Below are positions 20,031 through 30,808 of a stretch of DNA of 64,000 nucleotides, one piece after another (the stretch's first letter is position 1; every line of letters starts with the position of its first letter). The position numbers were made by a program, and so were the translations under genes. Under the pieces are notes generated by a model that worked only from the letters and a program-made list of their open reading frames with translations, was not told the origin of the DNA and searched no databases. The stretch covers positions 64,001-128,000 of the forward strand of contig JBBRPR010000005.1 of assembly GCA_038227875.1 (NCBI GenBank), given 5' to 3'. The DNA is from Planctomycetota bacterium (GTDB lineage: Bacteria; Planctomycetota; SZUA-567; H5-PLA8).

Positions 20031-20189
20031 CGTCACGCCCTCCAACAGGACAACGAACGTCCGATCGAACTCTTGGACTCGTTCCGTCAAAAAAGTATCA
20101 GAACTTGTTAAGCGCCACGTAGTGCCGCGCGCGTGTCTCTGCATACTGCTCTGGTGCAGGGAAATTAAGCGGGCGATGCGAGGAGCGGG

Positions 20190-21983
20190 ATGCGGGCGTT
20201 TTGGGTGGTTTTATTTCTGTGGTGCTGTGCATCTGCCGCCGAGGACGGGCCGGTCAAGATTGGGCCCCGGGTGGGCGATGCGGCGGCGTGGGGAATTGGA
20301 GAGAGCGTTGCGGACCTGCCGTTGAAATTCCTCGATGGGCCGGCGGGAAAGTTGTCGGATTATTCACTGCGCGCGGCGCTGGTAGTGGCGACGATCGCGC
20401 CGGATTGTCCGGTCTCGCAGAAATACCTGCCGCGGCTGGCGGAATTGCAGAAAAAGTATGACGCTCAGCACGTGGAATTTCTGCTGCTCAACAGTTCTGG
20501 CGATGCGCCAGCCATGCTGCGCACGGCGCTGAAGCGGAGCGGACTGGCCCTACCCGTGGTGCTCGATGACGCGGCCGAGCTGGCGCAAGCCCTGCACGCA
20601 AAAGTAACGACAGACGTCTTTGTGCTCGACCCCGGGCGGAAACTGGTCTATCGCGGCGCGATCGACGACCAGTACGGCATCGGCTACGAACGTGATGCGG
20701 CGAGCCGGAACTATCTCGGCGACGCGCTCGACGCGGTGCTCGCCCACCGCGCCGTTGCCACTGCGGCGACGCTGGCGCCCGGCTGCGAATTGACGTTTCC
20801 CGCGAGGCCGGCGGTGGCCTCGAGTGGGGCGGCCGTTACGTTTCACAATACCATCAGCCGGCTGATGCAGAACAATTGCCAGCAATGCCACCGCCCCGGC
20901 GGCGTGGGTCCGTTTCCGCTGCAGAGCTACAACGAGGTGAAGAAGAAGGCGAACGTGATCCGGCGGGTGACATCGACGCGCGTGATGCCACCGTGGTTCG
21001 CGGATAATTCCATCGGGCACGCATGGGCCAACAACCGGCGACTGTCCGATGGCGATTTGAAATCGCTGCTCGAGTGGATCGACGCGAAATGCCCCGAAGG
21101 CGAAGCCAAAGACGCGCCGCCGCCGCGCGTGTGGGAGAAGGGCGCGGAAGACTGGAACATCGGCACACCCGACGCGATTGTGCAGATCCCCCAACCCGTG
21201 AAGCTTCCGGCGCAGGGGACGATGCCGTACCAGTACATCAAAGTTCAGACGAACTTCACCGAAGATAAATGGGTACAGGCGGTGGAACTGCTGCCGACCA
21301 ACCCGGCGGTTGTGCATCACGCCCAGGTTTTCGTGGTGACCGCGGAAGGCAAGGAATTGTCGGATCCCACGCCGACGAATGGCGGGCGGCCGACGAGCTA
21401 CTTCGCGGCGATGGTGCCCGGCGAAACCGCGTTGGTCTTCCCGGCCGGTTACGCGAAGCTGCTGCCCAGGGGCTGCTCGCTGACGTTTGAAGTTCATTAC
21501 GTGCCCAACGGCGCGCCGGCGTCGGACCAGATCCGCGTCGGAATGGTTTTCGCCCGGACGGCGCCGAAGTTTGAAGTGAAATCGTTCGACATCCGCACCA
21601 ACAATCTGCTGATCAAGCCCGGCGACGCCAATTATTCACAGAGTACGGAGTACACGTTCGAGACGCCGGCCCGCCTGCTGGCCTTTCAGCCGCACATGCA
21701 TCTGCGCGGCAAGGCCTTTTCGTTTGATCTGATTCTCCCCGACGGCCGCACGGAGCCGGTACTGTCGGTGCCGCGTTACGATTTCAACTGGCAGACGTCG
21801 TACCGCCTGAAAGAACCCTGGGACATTCCCAAGGGTTCGCGCCTGCGCGTCACCGGCTGGTACGACAACAGCAAGGACAATCCCGCCAATCCCGACCCAA
21901 CGAAGACGATCCGCGCCGGCGGCGAGACCACCGACGAGATGCTGGTGGGCTTCGGCGAGTGGTGCGCGCGAACGGATGAATGA
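20190..21983 (+). CDS. Secreted redoxin (AhpC/TSA-like) + c-type cytochrome + copper type II monooxygenase-like fusion protein
   Basis: Signal peptide; CPVS and YRGAIDD (redoxin); CQQCH heme motif and MPPW; VVHH, EVHY, PHMHLRG, DEM copper-ligand-like motifs; YDFNWQ. Confidence 0.88.
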   Translation: MRAFWVVLFLWCCASAAEDGPVKIGPRVGDAAAWGIGESVADLPLKFLDGPAGKLSDYSLRAALVVATIAPDCPVSQKYLPRLAELQKKYDAQHVEFLLLNSSGDAPAMLRTALKRSGLALPVVLDDAAELAQALHAKVTTDVFVLDPGRKLVYRGAIDDQYGIGYERDAASRNYLGDALDAVLAHRAVATAATLAPGCELTFPARPAVASSGAAVTFHNTISRLMQNNCQQCHRPGGVGPFPLQSYNEVKKKANVIRRVTSTRVMPPWFADNSIGHAWANNRRLSDGDLKSLLEWIDAKCPEGEAKDAPPPRVWEKGAEDWNIGTPDAIVQIPQPVKLPAQGTMPYQYIKVQTNFTEDKWVQAVELLPTNPAVVHHAQVFVVTAEGKELSDPTPTNGGRPTSYFAAMVPGETALVFPAGYAKLLPRGCSLTFEVHYVPNGAPASDQIRVGMVFARTAPKFEVKSFDIRTNNLLIKPGDANYSQSTEYTFETPARLLAFQPHMHLRGKAFSFDLILPDGRTEPVLSVPRYDFNWQTSYRLKEPWDIPKGSRLRVTGWYDNSKDNPANPDPTKTIRAGGETTDEMLVGFGEWCARTDE

Positions 21984-21997
21984 GTTGACGCGCGGTG

Positions 21998-23533
21998 TCA
22001 GCGCGGCCGGAATTGAATCTGAAATTCCGCGCGCGGTCCTGCGAGTTCAAGCGTCACGGAGCTCGCATCAATTTGCACGGCTGCCGATTTGCCGTCGATC
22101 GTGGCGTTTAGATTTTCCTGTCGCAGTTCGGAAGGGAAGCGCACGGTCAGTCGTTGACTTGTGGTGCCGGTCGTTTCCGGCACTTGAAGTGTTCCAGTAA
22201 TGCCGCTGGCGTCCATTCTGTAGGTGAGCACCTGACTGCGCCAGTGGAGCGACTGTCCGAATCCGCTGCGCCAGTAGTCTTCGGGAACATTCGGAGCGAG
22301 AATCACGCCGCCCTGCAGTGTGAACTCGACGCCGAACAGAAAGCGTTGAACGATGCGGATCAAATTCGACGCGTATTCGCAATAACCTTCCGGTCCCGCG
22401 GGAGTCAGTTTTTCGCCCGGATAGTAACGTTCGCGCCAGAACCATCCATTTTCGCGGCCGACGGCGCAGACGCGGCGCAACGTTTCGGCAATGCCATCAC
22501 CGTCTTCAAAATTGGCGCGGGCCCAGCATTCCAGAAACCAGACGCGCCCCATCGCGGCCAGATCGTGCCGGTCGGGATGGGTGAACTCCCACGCTTCGTA
22601 CGTCTCCGGTCGCGTGGAAATGCCCGTCGGCATGCCGCCGTAGTAGAACGCCGCTTCCGCGCGCATCCGCGGCCAGAGTATGTCGCGTTGGGCAGCGGTG
22701 GCCATGTTCATGGCGAGCGCGGCCCAATCGGTGTCGGTCAAGCCGTGCCGATCGATGCGTCCGTGCTGAGGATGAATGTATTCTGCAAACTGCGATCCGG
22801 TCCAGAACCGCTGTGAAAATTGTTCAGCGACGCGCGTGGCCAGCAGGTTGTAGCGCTGCGCGCTCGGCGTATTTCCCGCAACGTGGTTCAGCGCACTGAC
22901 CCGTTTCAGCGCATCGGCAACGTAACACTGAGCGACGCCGTCGAATTCAACGCGCACGGGCCGTTCCACGTAATATCCCGCGCCGCCGACGACGCCTTCG
23001 GGAGTGATCAAAGTGGCAAGATAGTCGGCGGCCAGATTCACCGCGGGCAACTGCGTGCGGAGCCACGGCAGATCCTGGGTGTGTCGAAAAATCGAGTCGG
23101 CATTCTGAATGAACGTGGGGCCGGCCAGCGCGCGCAAAGGATCCCCGGCAACCCAGTGGGTGTACAGTCCGCCATTGTCGTCGACGCGCGCGCGGGTGGG
23201 CTCCGGACCAATCTCCTGCGCAGCATTGCCGGGAAGAATGGCCAGCGGCAGTTGTCCGTTGGCACGTTGAAAACCGCGCACATAATCCCAGTTTAATTTT
23301 ACCGTACGCTCCTGCCCCAGCCACAACAGCGCGTCGGTCATCTGATGGCCGTCGAGCGACGGATAGGTGTTGCCATAGCCGAAGCCTTGTCCGTCAGCAC
23401 ACACCGACCAGTAGCCGGGAAAAACCGCGTCGTTCACTGCCGAAAGGACGCTCTTTAGCGCCGCCTGCGCGTAGCCTTCGACGAGGTCCGAATCAGGCAG
23501 CGAAATCCGTGCGACGGTGGAGTTATGACTCAT
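21998..23533 (-). CDS. Six-hairpin glycosidase-like protein (putative glycoside hydrolase)
   Basis: 511-aa ORF with helical aromatic/acidic segments typical of (alpha/alpha)6 glycosidases, a C-terminal beta domain (LAPNVPEDY...), and an upstream AraC regulator. Confidence 0.55.
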   Translation of the reverse strand: MSHNSTVARISLPDSDLVEGYAQAALKSVLSAVNDAVFPGYWSVCADGQGFGYGNTYPSLDGHQMTDALLWLGQERTVKLNWDYVRGFQRANGQLPLAILPGNAAQEIGPEPTRARVDDNGGLYTHWVAGDPLRALAGPTFIQNADSIFRHTQDLPWLRTQLPAVNLAADYLATLITPEGVVGGAGYYVERPVRVEFDGVAQCYVADALKRVSALNHVAGNTPSAQRYNLLATRVAEQFSQRFWTGSQFAEYIHPQHGRIDRHGLTDTDWAALAMNMATAAQRDILWPRMRAEAAFYYGGMPTGISTRPETYEAWEFTHPDRHDLAAMGRVWFLECWARANFEDGDGIAETLRRVCAVGRENGWFWRERYYPGEKLTPAGPEGYCEYASNLIRIVQRFLFGVEFTLQGGVILAPNVPEDYWRSGFGQSLHWRSQVLTYRMDASGITGTLQVPETTGTTSQRLTVRFPSELRQENLNATIDGKSAAVQIDASSVTLELAGPRAEFQIQFRPR

Positions 23534-23586
23534 GAATCAGCGACCCCAATTAAACCTGAGCGCAATGGAAATGGCAGATTTTCCGT

Positions 23587-24495
23587 TCACTTCTTCGCCG
23601 CCTGGCGCGGGGTCTGGCCGAGGTACCTGCGAAAGCAGGCCGCGAGATGTTGCGACGAGTAGTAGCCGAGACGCTCCGACACGCGCGAGACGGTGGCGCC
23701 GGGCGCCGCGAGCAGTTCCTTCGCGCGGGCCAGGCGCGCGCGATGGGCGTATTCCATCGGTGCGGCGCCGACGTCTTTCAGGAAGCAGGCGTGGAAGTGC
23801 GAGGCGCTCATGCCGGAGAGATCGGCGAGTTCGGCGACCGTCGGCCAAGGGCTGGGGCAGCTGTCGAGAAATTCGCGCGCGCGGGAAATGCCCGGAGGGA
23901 TGAAACCTTTTGGCGCCGCGGCCAGCGGCAGCGTGACGAGCGTCGCCAGCATGCCTTGCAGAGCGGAGCGCGCTTTGACGAGGCCGAGCACCGACTGCTC
24001 TTCCAGTGCAGCGAACATGGCCTGGTAAAATGGTTCGAGTTTATCGGCGCCGCGGAGATGCCGATCGGGCAGCGCGTGGACGGCGGCGCAGAGTTCGTTG
24101 GCTTCATCGGAAGGCAGGTTGAGGAAGCGCTTGATTGCCGGCGTGCCGGGCTTGGGGATGCTCAGCGTCAGCCAGTAAATCGTGCAGGGGTGCATCAATT
24201 CGTGAAGGCCACCGTGCGGTTCGTCGGGCCAGGTGAAATAGACGTCACCGCCGCGCAGATCGTATAGGCGCTCCCGCGCCCACCACGTGATGTGCCCGCG
24301 GATGATCAGGCAGATTTCGAACTGGCCTTTGTGCTCGTGCTTACCCAAACCGCCGACGTGAGTAAAGATGTCGAAGCCGAGGTAATTGATTTCCGGGAAC
24401 TGCTTCAAATTGACGGCAACGAAGCGGCGGTGCTTGCGGACCTGGGTGACGGTGATGCCCGCCCTAATCTGCTTCGACAACCGTTGCGCTGCCAT
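23587..24495 (-). CDS. AraC family transcriptional regulator
   Basis: N-terminal cupin HEHKGQFEI...EPHGG; C-terminal double [18 protein letters not shown]...[20 protein letters not shown]. Confidence 0.95.
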   Translation of the reverse strand: MAAQRLSKQIRAGITVTQVRKHRRFVAVNLKQFPEINYLGFDIFTHVGGLGKHEHKGQFEICLIIRGHITWWARERLYDLRGGDVYFTWPDEPHGGLHELMHPCTIYWLTLSIPKPGTPAIKRFLNLPSDEANELCAAVHALPDRHLRGADKLEPFYQAMFAALEEQSVLGLVKARSALQGMLATLVTLPLAAAPKGFIPPGISRAREFLDSCPSPWPTVAELADLSGMSASHFHACFLKDVGAAPMEYAHRARLARAKELLAAPGATVSRVSERLGYYSSQHLAACFRRYLGQTPRQAAKK

Positions 24496-24647
24496 ATATT
24501 CCTCTTGGAAGAGATGTGTACGATCCTACGGCGAGAGCATGGCAAAGGCAAGCGTGCAGCGCAGGCTTTCCAAGAGGACGAACACGCCGACGTCCAGGTT
24601 CGCGACTAGAATCCTCAATTGGCGTCGAATTTGCACCGTTATCGTGG

Positions 24648-26552
24648 ATGAACTTCGTCGCGACCGATGTTTCCGCACGCACGCGCAAGGCCTCAATCAC
24701 GATAGCCGATGTCTGGCGCTACAAGAACACTGCGGTCGTGGCGCTCTCCATTGTGGCCATTGGCAGCTACTTGCTGCTCCGTTTCGCATTTTTGACAGTC
24801 GCTTTCGCAAACATTCCACTGCTGATCTGCCTGGCAGTGGGCGGCGTTCCGCTGGTGGTTGAATTGTTGCAGAAGGCGTGGCGGCGCGAATTCGGCTCGG
24901 ATCTGCTGGCTGGAATCTCCATTGTCACGTCTGCGCTGCTGGGCGAGTACCTGGCTGGATCGATTGTCGTGCTGATGCTTTCCGGCGGCGCCGCGCTGGA
25001 AAGCTACGCGCTGCGCAGCGCCTCGTCGGTGCTCGCAGCATTGGCCAAGCGCATGCCATCGGTCGCGCACCGCAAGCGCAGCTCCGGCGGCGAGGAGGAT
25101 GTCGCGCTGCTGGACGTGAAAGTCGGCGACGAGCTCGTGATTCATCCCCACGACATTTGTCCGGTGGACGGTGTGGTCTTGAACGGTCACGGCACAATGG
25201 ACGAATCCTTCCTGACCGGCGAGCCTTTCAAGCTGACAAAAACCATCGGCTCGGCGGTGATCTCCGGCGCGATCAACGGCGAGTCGGTCCTGACGATCCG
25301 CGCGGAGAAACTCGCCGCCGATTCGCGGTACGCAAAAATCATGGTGGTGATGAAGGAGTCGGAAGCCACCCGGCCCAACCTGCGCCGGCTGGGCGACCAA
25401 CTTGGCGCGATCTATACGCCGCTGGCCGTCGCCGTCGCGGTGCTGGCGTGGGTGATCAGCGGAGAGGCCCACCGCTTTCTGGCGGTGCTAGTCATTGCCA
25501 CGCCCTGTCCGCTGCTCATCGCGATTCCCGTCGCGATCATCGGCTCGATTTCCCTGTGCGCGCGCCGCGCGATCATTGTGAAGAGTCCGGTGGTGCTGGA
25601 GAAAATCGCGGAATGCCGGACGGCGATTTTCGACAAGACCGGGACGTTGACCTACGGCGAGCCGACGCTCGCCGAGCAGGTCGTCGCGACGGGATTCACC
25701 GCGCCGGACGTGCTGACGTACGCGGCGGGGCTGGAACGATACTCGCGGCATCCGCTGGCGCGCGCGATTCTGGCGGCGGCCAAGGACAGCAACATCGCCA
25801 TTCCGGAATCGAGCGAAGTGAGCGAACCTCCGGGCCAGGGACTGCGGGGAACCGTGGCCGGTCACAGCGTTCAAGTCACCAGCCGCAACAAATTGGTGCG
25901 GGCCGGCACCCCCGGAGCGGAACAGCTTCCGCCGGTCGCGGGTGGATTGGAATGCGTCGTGGTGATCGATAATCGTTATGCGGCGATCTACCGGTTCCGC
26001 GATGCGCCGCGGCCGGAAAGCCGATCGTTCGTCACACATCTGGGGCCCAAGCATCATCTGGATCGCGTCATGATTGTGTCGGGAGACCGGGAGTCGGAAG
26101 TGCGCTATCTGGCCGACCAGGTGGGCGTCCGCGAAATTTACGCGCAGAAGACGCCGGAGGAAAAACTCGAGATTGTGCGCAGCGAAACGGCCAAGGCCAG
26201 CACGCTCTACGTCGGCGACGGCATCAACGACGCGCCCGCGATGATGGCCGCAACCGTCGGCATGGCCATCGGTCAGAACAGCGATGTGACGACCGAAGCC
26301 GCCGGCGTGGTGGTGATGGAGAATTCGCTGAAGAAAGTCGATGAGTTCATGCATATCGCCCGGCGCATGCGCACGATCGCGCTGCAAAGCGCGATCGGCG
26401 GCATGTTGCTGAGCGTGGTGGGCATGGCTCTGGCGGCGTCGGGCGCGATGACGCCGGTGCAGGGAGCCATCAGCCAGGAGGTGATCGACGTCCTCGCGGT
26501 TCTCAATGCGCTGCGCGCTGCCATGCCGCCGCGCGTACTTTCCGACGTGTAA
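24648..26552 (+). CDS. Heavy-metal P-type ATPase, P1B-5-type motifs
   Basis: TGE, ATPCP, DKTGTLT, HPLA, GDGIND; TM motifs [14 protein letters not shown] and [11 protein letters not shown]. Start uncertain (24648 chosen). Confidence 0.93.
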   Translation: MNFVATDVSARTRKASITIADVWRYKNTAVVALSIVAIGSYLLLRFAFLTVAFANIPLLICLAVGGVPLVVELLQKAWRREFGSDLLAGISIVTSALLGEYLAGSIVVLMLSGGAALESYALRSASSVLAALAKRMPSVAHRKRSSGGEEDVALLDVKVGDELVIHPHDICPVDGVVLNGHGTMDESFLTGEPFKLTKTIGSAVISGAINGESVLTIRAEKLAADSRYAKIMVVMKESEATRPNLRRLGDQLGAIYTPLAVAVAVLAWVISGEAHRFLAVLVIATPCPLLIAIPVAIIGSISLCARRAIIVKSPVVLEKIAECRTAIFDKTGTLTYGEPTLAEQVVATGFTAPDVLTYAAGLERYSRHPLARAILAAAKDSNIAIPESSEVSEPPGQGLRGTVAGHSVQVTSRNKLVRAGTPGAEQLPPVAGGLECVVVIDNRYAAIYRFRDAPRPESRSFVTHLGPKHHLDRVMIVSGDRESEVRYLADQVGVREIYAQKTPEEKLEIVRSETAKASTLYVGDGINDAPAMMAATVGMAIGQNSDVTTEAAGVVVMENSLKKVDEFMHIARRMRTIALQSAIGGMLLSVVGMALAASGAMTPVQGAISQEVIDVLAVLNALRAAMPPRVLSDV

Positions 26553-26678
26553 TTGGTGACTCGAAATCGGAATCCAGTTCGCGATCCACACGATTGAAGG
26601 AAGCGGTTCAATAGACGTCTAGAGCCGTTGATTAGCCCGCCGGTTACGCTTTGCAACCCGCTCGTGTGGAGAGATTTT

Positions 26679-27224
26679 GTGTGTTTCAAAATGCCCGGCG
26701 TTCTTTGGGTGATCCTGGCCACGCTGGGTGGCGCTGCGGCATCCGAGGGGCTCCTTCCTCAAGTCGCCACAGTTCAAGAACTCTCCAAACTTGCCAAACC
26801 TGCGAAAGCCAAAGTCATCCTGCTGAATATGTGGGGGCAGAAGTGCAGCCGCTGCATGACGGAACTTCCCGCGATCGTGCGCGTGGTTACGGCTCTCGCT
26901 TCGAATCCAGACGTCGGCTTTATTGGACTCTGCATTCCTGAAGGTGAACTCCAGAAAGACAAGACCCTCGCCGACGCCTGCAGTGCCCTTGCTCAAAAGA
27001 AGAAATTGAATTACCCCAATTACATCTGGGCCGGGACCGGCGATGCGCTGGTCGACGCCTTCAACATTCAGGGCACGCCGTACAACTGCCTGATGACTAC
27101 CGATGGGAAAATCATTGCCGAGCTGGATATTCCCGAGGATCCCGACAAGGCGGTGGAGTACGTGCTGGCTGCCATCCAGAAGGCGCTCAAGGACCCGACG
27201 CCCAAAGAGCGGGGGACAAAATAG
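26679..27224 (+). CDS. TlpA/ResA-like thioredoxin-fold protein, probably exported
   Basis: LLNMWGQKCSRCMTELP (CxxC) and GTP cis-Pro loop; N-terminal hydrophobic segment. Confidence 0.85.
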   Translation: MCFKMPGVLWVILATLGGAAASEGLLPQVATVQELSKLAKPAKAKVILLNMWGQKCSRCMTELPAIVRVVTALASNPDVGFIGLCIPEGELQKDKTLADACSALAQKKKLNYPNYIWAGTGDALVDAFNIQGTPYNCLMTTDGKIIAELDIPEDPDKAVEYVLAAIQKALKDPTPKERGTK

Positions 27225-27232
27225 CGCAGACC

Positions 27233-27646
27233 ATGACTTCTCCCTCCTCCGACCAATCCAAACAGCCTGCTGCAGCCGGCGCGCTCGATCGGTATTTCAC
27301 GGAGTTTCTCGTCGGAAAATTGCATCAGCCGCTGCTGCCGCAACTACGCAAACTCTCGGTGGTGTGCGCGATCACGATCACCGGCGCGGTGGAACGCTCG
27401 TGGACGCTGACAATCGTGGACGGAATGCTCGAATCCGTCTCCGCTAAACCCGGCACGCCGCAGTGCACGTTCACGCTCGACGCGGCGGCCTTTAGCGCGA
27501 TTGTCTCCGGCCGACTGTCGCCGCAGATGGCGTTCTTCAAACGGCAGGTGGACATCTCCGGGGCGATTGAAATCGGATTGCGCCTGGCCTTTGTGCTCGG
27601 TGATTTTTTCAAAACCTATCCTTACACGGTGGAAGAGATGCGGTGA
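27233..27646 (+). CDS. SCP2 sterol/lipid-binding domain protein
   Basis: CTFTLDAAAFSAIVSGRLSPQMAFFKRQVDISGAIEIGLRL matches the SCP2 C-terminal pattern. Confidence 0.88.
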   Translation: MTSPSSDQSKQPAAAGALDRYFTEFLVGKLHQPLLPQLRKLSVVCAITITGAVERSWTLTIVDGMLESVSAKPGTPQCTFTLDAAAFSAIVSGRLSPQMAFFKRQVDISGAIEIGLRLAFVLGDFFKTYPYTVEEMR

Positions 27647-28734
27647 TGACGATGCCAAACCTGTCGAGCGTAGACGCGCGGGTCCGCGAGATTGCGGCGC
27701 TGCATCTGGACCCGGAATTCGGCGCGCCATATTGGATTGGCCGGAGCCGCGCACTGAATCTTCGCGCGGCGCAGATTCAATCGGTGAGCGATCTGGCCTT
27801 GCTGGGGCCCATGGACGCGCAAGCGCTGGCGCAGTTGCCGGTCGAAGAGTTCATCCCGCGAAAGTTGATCCACAGGCGCAGTGCGTGCGTGATCGCGGAA
27901 ACCGGCGGCACGCTCGGCCGCGCGAAGTTCGCCGTGCACCGCGACGACGAGTTTGAGGCCGCGTTTGTCCGGCCGTTCGTCACGGCGGCGACGAAAGCGG
28001 GATTTCCGCAGGGCGTCAACTGGCTGTTCGTCGGCCCGTCGGGGCCGCACATCATCGGTAAAGGCGCCCGCGCTTGCGCGCGCGGCATGGGCGCGCCCGA
28101 TCCGTTCACCACCGATTTTGACCCACGCTGGGCCAAGAAACTTCCCGACGGTTCGCTGGCGCGCACGCGTTACGTTCAGCACATTACCGCGCAGGCGCTG
28201 AATATTCTCGAGACACAAGCGATCGGCGCGATCTTCGCCACGCCGCCGGTGATCGAGAGCCTCGCCGAGAAGATCACGCCGGCGAAACGCGACGCCGTGC
28301 GCGGCATCCATTTTGGGGGGATGCCGGTGAGTTCCGCGCTGCGCCAGCGGCTGCATGAACTCTTTCCGCATGCGGTGCTGATCTCCGGCTACGGTAACAC
28401 GCTGTTCGGCGTCGCTCCGGAATTGCACTACAGCGACGCGACCGGCATCGACTATTTCACGCAGGGCACGCGGTTGATCTACCGCGTCGTGCCGCTCGGC
28501 GCTGCCGACGAACACCAACGCATCGCTGCCACCATCGGCTATCTCGAACGCGGGCAGATCTGCGCACACCGCCTCGATGAAATGCAGTTCATCGCCAACA
28601 TGCTGGAACGCGACACGGCTGTGCGTATCCCGCCGCTCGAAATCTTCAGCGCCGATGGCTTTGTGCTCGACGGTTTGCGCGATCCACAGCCGATCATTGA
28701 CGCCACGACCAAGCCGGCATTGGGGCTGTACTGA
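27646..28734 (+). CDS. EhpF-like / PaaK-like adenylate-forming (ANL) enzyme
   Basis: HLDPEFGAPYW...PVEEFIP...ETGGTLGRAK (A3-like P-loop), GPSGPHIIG, DFDPRWAKK, GYGNT resemble the phenazine-modifying EhpF family. ATG overlaps the SCP2 stop (TGATG). Confidence 0.72.
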   Translation: MTMPNLSSVDARVREIAALHLDPEFGAPYWIGRSRALNLRAAQIQSVSDLALLGPMDAQALAQLPVEEFIPRKLIHRRSACVIAETGGTLGRAKFAVHRDDEFEAAFVRPFVTAATKAGFPQGVNWLFVGPSGPHIIGKGARACARGMGAPDPFTTDFDPRWAKKLPDGSLARTRYVQHITAQALNILETQAIGAIFATPPVIESLAEKITPAKRDAVRGIHFGGMPVSSALRQRLHELFPHAVLISGYGNTLFGVAPELHYSDATGIDYFTQGTRLIYRVVPLGAADEHQRIAATIGYLERGQICAHRLDEMQFIANMLERDTAVRIPPLEIFSADGFVLDGLRDPQPIIDATTKPALGLY

Positions 28735-29426
28735 TGTTCATCGAAGAACAGATCACCGTGCCGTCCGGCGGCGTACGCCTGGCCGCGGTGCTCGGCTACC
28801 CGGAATCTGGCATGCCTGCTTACGCGACGTTGCTCTGTCCGCCGCATCCGAATTTTGCCGGCGACATGGAGAACAATGTCATCACCGCGCTGGCACGCGA
28901 ATTTTCGCGCGACGCGCTGACGCTGCGCTTCAATTACCGCGGCATCGGCCAGAGCGAGATTGCGCTGCCGCAGAATGTATCGCTGTACGATTTCTGGAAC
29001 GACGTGGAAGAGACCAAGGATTATTCCGTGCCGTTGTGCGACGTCCAGGCGTGCGCCGCGGAACTGGCGCGGCAGTCCAACGGTGCGCCATTGATCATCG
29101 TGGGTTATTCGTTCGGCAGCATCGCAGGCTTGATGGCCGGCCAGAAGCTTAACGCTGCCGCGCTGGTGGGCATCGCGCCACCGTTGATCCGCTATGACTT
29201 TTCCTTTCTCGCCGAAAATACCACGCCCGCACTGCTGCTCAGCGGCGTGGATGATTTTGTGTTCTCACGTGAAGTCAGCGATGCGCTCGTGCTGCCCAAG
29301 ACCGTCCGTCGGGAAATCCTGAGCGGCGAAGATCACTTCTTTCGCGAACACGAAGCGGACCTGGCTTCGCGCGTGCGACGTTTCATCCAGGAGTTCCTTC
29401 CTGCAGACCTCACCGGAGAAAATTAA
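28734..29426 (+). CDS. Alpha/beta hydrolase
   Basis: PPHPNFAGDMENNV, RFNYRGIGQS, nucleophile elbow GYSFG, DD and DHFF catalytic candidates; TGATG overlap with the upstream gene. Confidence 0.9.
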   Translation: MFIEEQITVPSGGVRLAAVLGYPESGMPAYATLLCPPHPNFAGDMENNVITALAREFSRDALTLRFNYRGIGQSEIALPQNVSLYDFWNDVEETKDYSVPLCDVQACAAELARQSNGAPLIIVGYSFGSIAGLMAGQKLNAAALVGIAPPLIRYDFSFLAENTTPALLLSGVDDFVFSREVSDALVLPKTVRREILSGEDHFFREHEADLASRVRRFIQEFLPADLTGEN

Positions 29427-30730
29427 TGGAACTCAAACCCATTGGCCCCGCTGCGATCATCGCCAAGAAAAAGAAGCACCTGATTCCCTGCTCGTACCAT
29501 TTTTATAAAAACGCGCCGCAGATGGTGCGCGGGGAGGGCCTGTTCCTCTACGACTCCGACGGCCGCCGCTACATGGATCTCTACTCCGGAGTTTCGGTCA
29601 ACGCGCTGGGACATTGCCATCCGGAAGTCACCGATGCGATCTGCCAGCAGGTGAAAACCCTTCAGCACACGACCACGATTTACCTCACGGAACCCATCGT
29701 CAATCTCGCGGAAGCGTTGGCGGAGGTGCTGCCCGGAGATCTCTGCCGCTCGTTCTTCTGCGCCAGCGGATCGGAAGCCAACGAAGGCGCGGCACTGCTG
29801 GCTACGCTGGCCACGGGGCGCAACGAATTCCTCGCGTTTCAAAACGGATTGCACGGCCGCACGAAACTGACGATGAGCCTCACCGGGCTTTCGTTCTGGC
29901 GTACCGATCCGCATCCGGTGGGCGGCATCAGTTTCGTTCCGCCGCCGCACTGCAAGGCCTGTCCGTTCGGAAAAACGTTCGGCGCGTGCCACTACGAATG
30001 CGTCGACGCCGTCGAGAAGACGATCCAGACGTCCACCAGCGGCAAGCCGGCCGCGATGTTCGTCGAGCCGATCCAGGGCAACGGCGGCATCGTGGCGCCG
30101 CCGCCCGAGTACTTCACGCGTCTGCAGGCGGTGCTGAAAAAATACGGCACGCTGCTGATCGCCGATGAAGTTCAGACCGGGCTGGGCCGCACCGGGAAAA
30201 TGTTCTGCATGGAACACTGGAACGTCGTTCCGGACATCGTCACCGGCGGCAAGGCGCTGGGCGGAGCGACGCCGATCGGATACTTCGCGACGACCGACAC
30301 CATCGCGGCGAGTTTCACGCGGCCCAGCGCATCCACCTTCGGCGGAAATCCGGTCACCGCCGTTGCTGGATTGACAGTGCTCAAGATCATCCAACGTGAT
30401 CATCTTGTGGAGCGTAGCGCGGAACTCGGCGCGTTTCTGCGGGAACAATTGACCGCGCTCTGCAGCAGTTACGAAAATGTAATCGAGGTGAGAGGAAAGG
30501 GTCTGATGGTGGGTGTTGAAGTGTCTGGAAATGGGTCTGGAAAGAGCGCCGCCGAATTTACGGACACACTATTGGAAAGCATGAAGGACGCGGGCTTTCT
30601 GCTCGGCAAGACCGGTCCCGGGCGAAATGTGATCACGTTTATGCCGCCGCTCATCGTCACACGCAATTATTTAGAGGACGCATTACACGCCTTCAAGACA
30701 AACTTCGAAGCGACTCGTAGAAATGCGTGA
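29426..30730 (+). CDS. Class III PLP-dependent aminotransferase (AGXT2/GabT-like)
   Basis: GRRYMDLYSG...GHCHP, SGSEANE, EPIQGNGG, IADEVQTGLGRTG, DIVTGGKALGG (PLP Lys), STFGGNP; TAATG overlap. Confidence 0.95.
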   Translation: MELKPIGPAAIIAKKKKHLIPCSYHFYKNAPQMVRGEGLFLYDSDGRRYMDLYSGVSVNALGHCHPEVTDAICQQVKTLQHTTTIYLTEPIVNLAEALAEVLPGDLCRSFFCASGSEANEGAALLATLATGRNEFLAFQNGLHGRTKLTMSLTGLSFWRTDPHPVGGISFVPPPHCKACPFGKTFGACHYECVDAVEKTIQTSTSGKPAAMFVEPIQGNGGIVAPPPEYFTRLQAVLKKYGTLLIADEVQTGLGRTGKMFCMEHWNVVPDIVTGGKALGGATPIGYFATTDTIAASFTRPSASTFGGNPVTAVAGLTVLKIIQRDHLVERSAELGAFLREQLTALCSSYENVIEVRGKGLMVGVEVSGNGSGKSAAEFTDTLLESMKDAGFLLGKTGPGRNVITFMPPLIVTRNYLEDALHAFKTNFEATRRNA

Positions 30731-30808
30731 AGGTTTGAACGATACTTAGTCTGTACTTCAGATGCATTGCTCGAAGTCCTGTCGCCCGTTGCAATTGTGG
30801 AGAAATGA

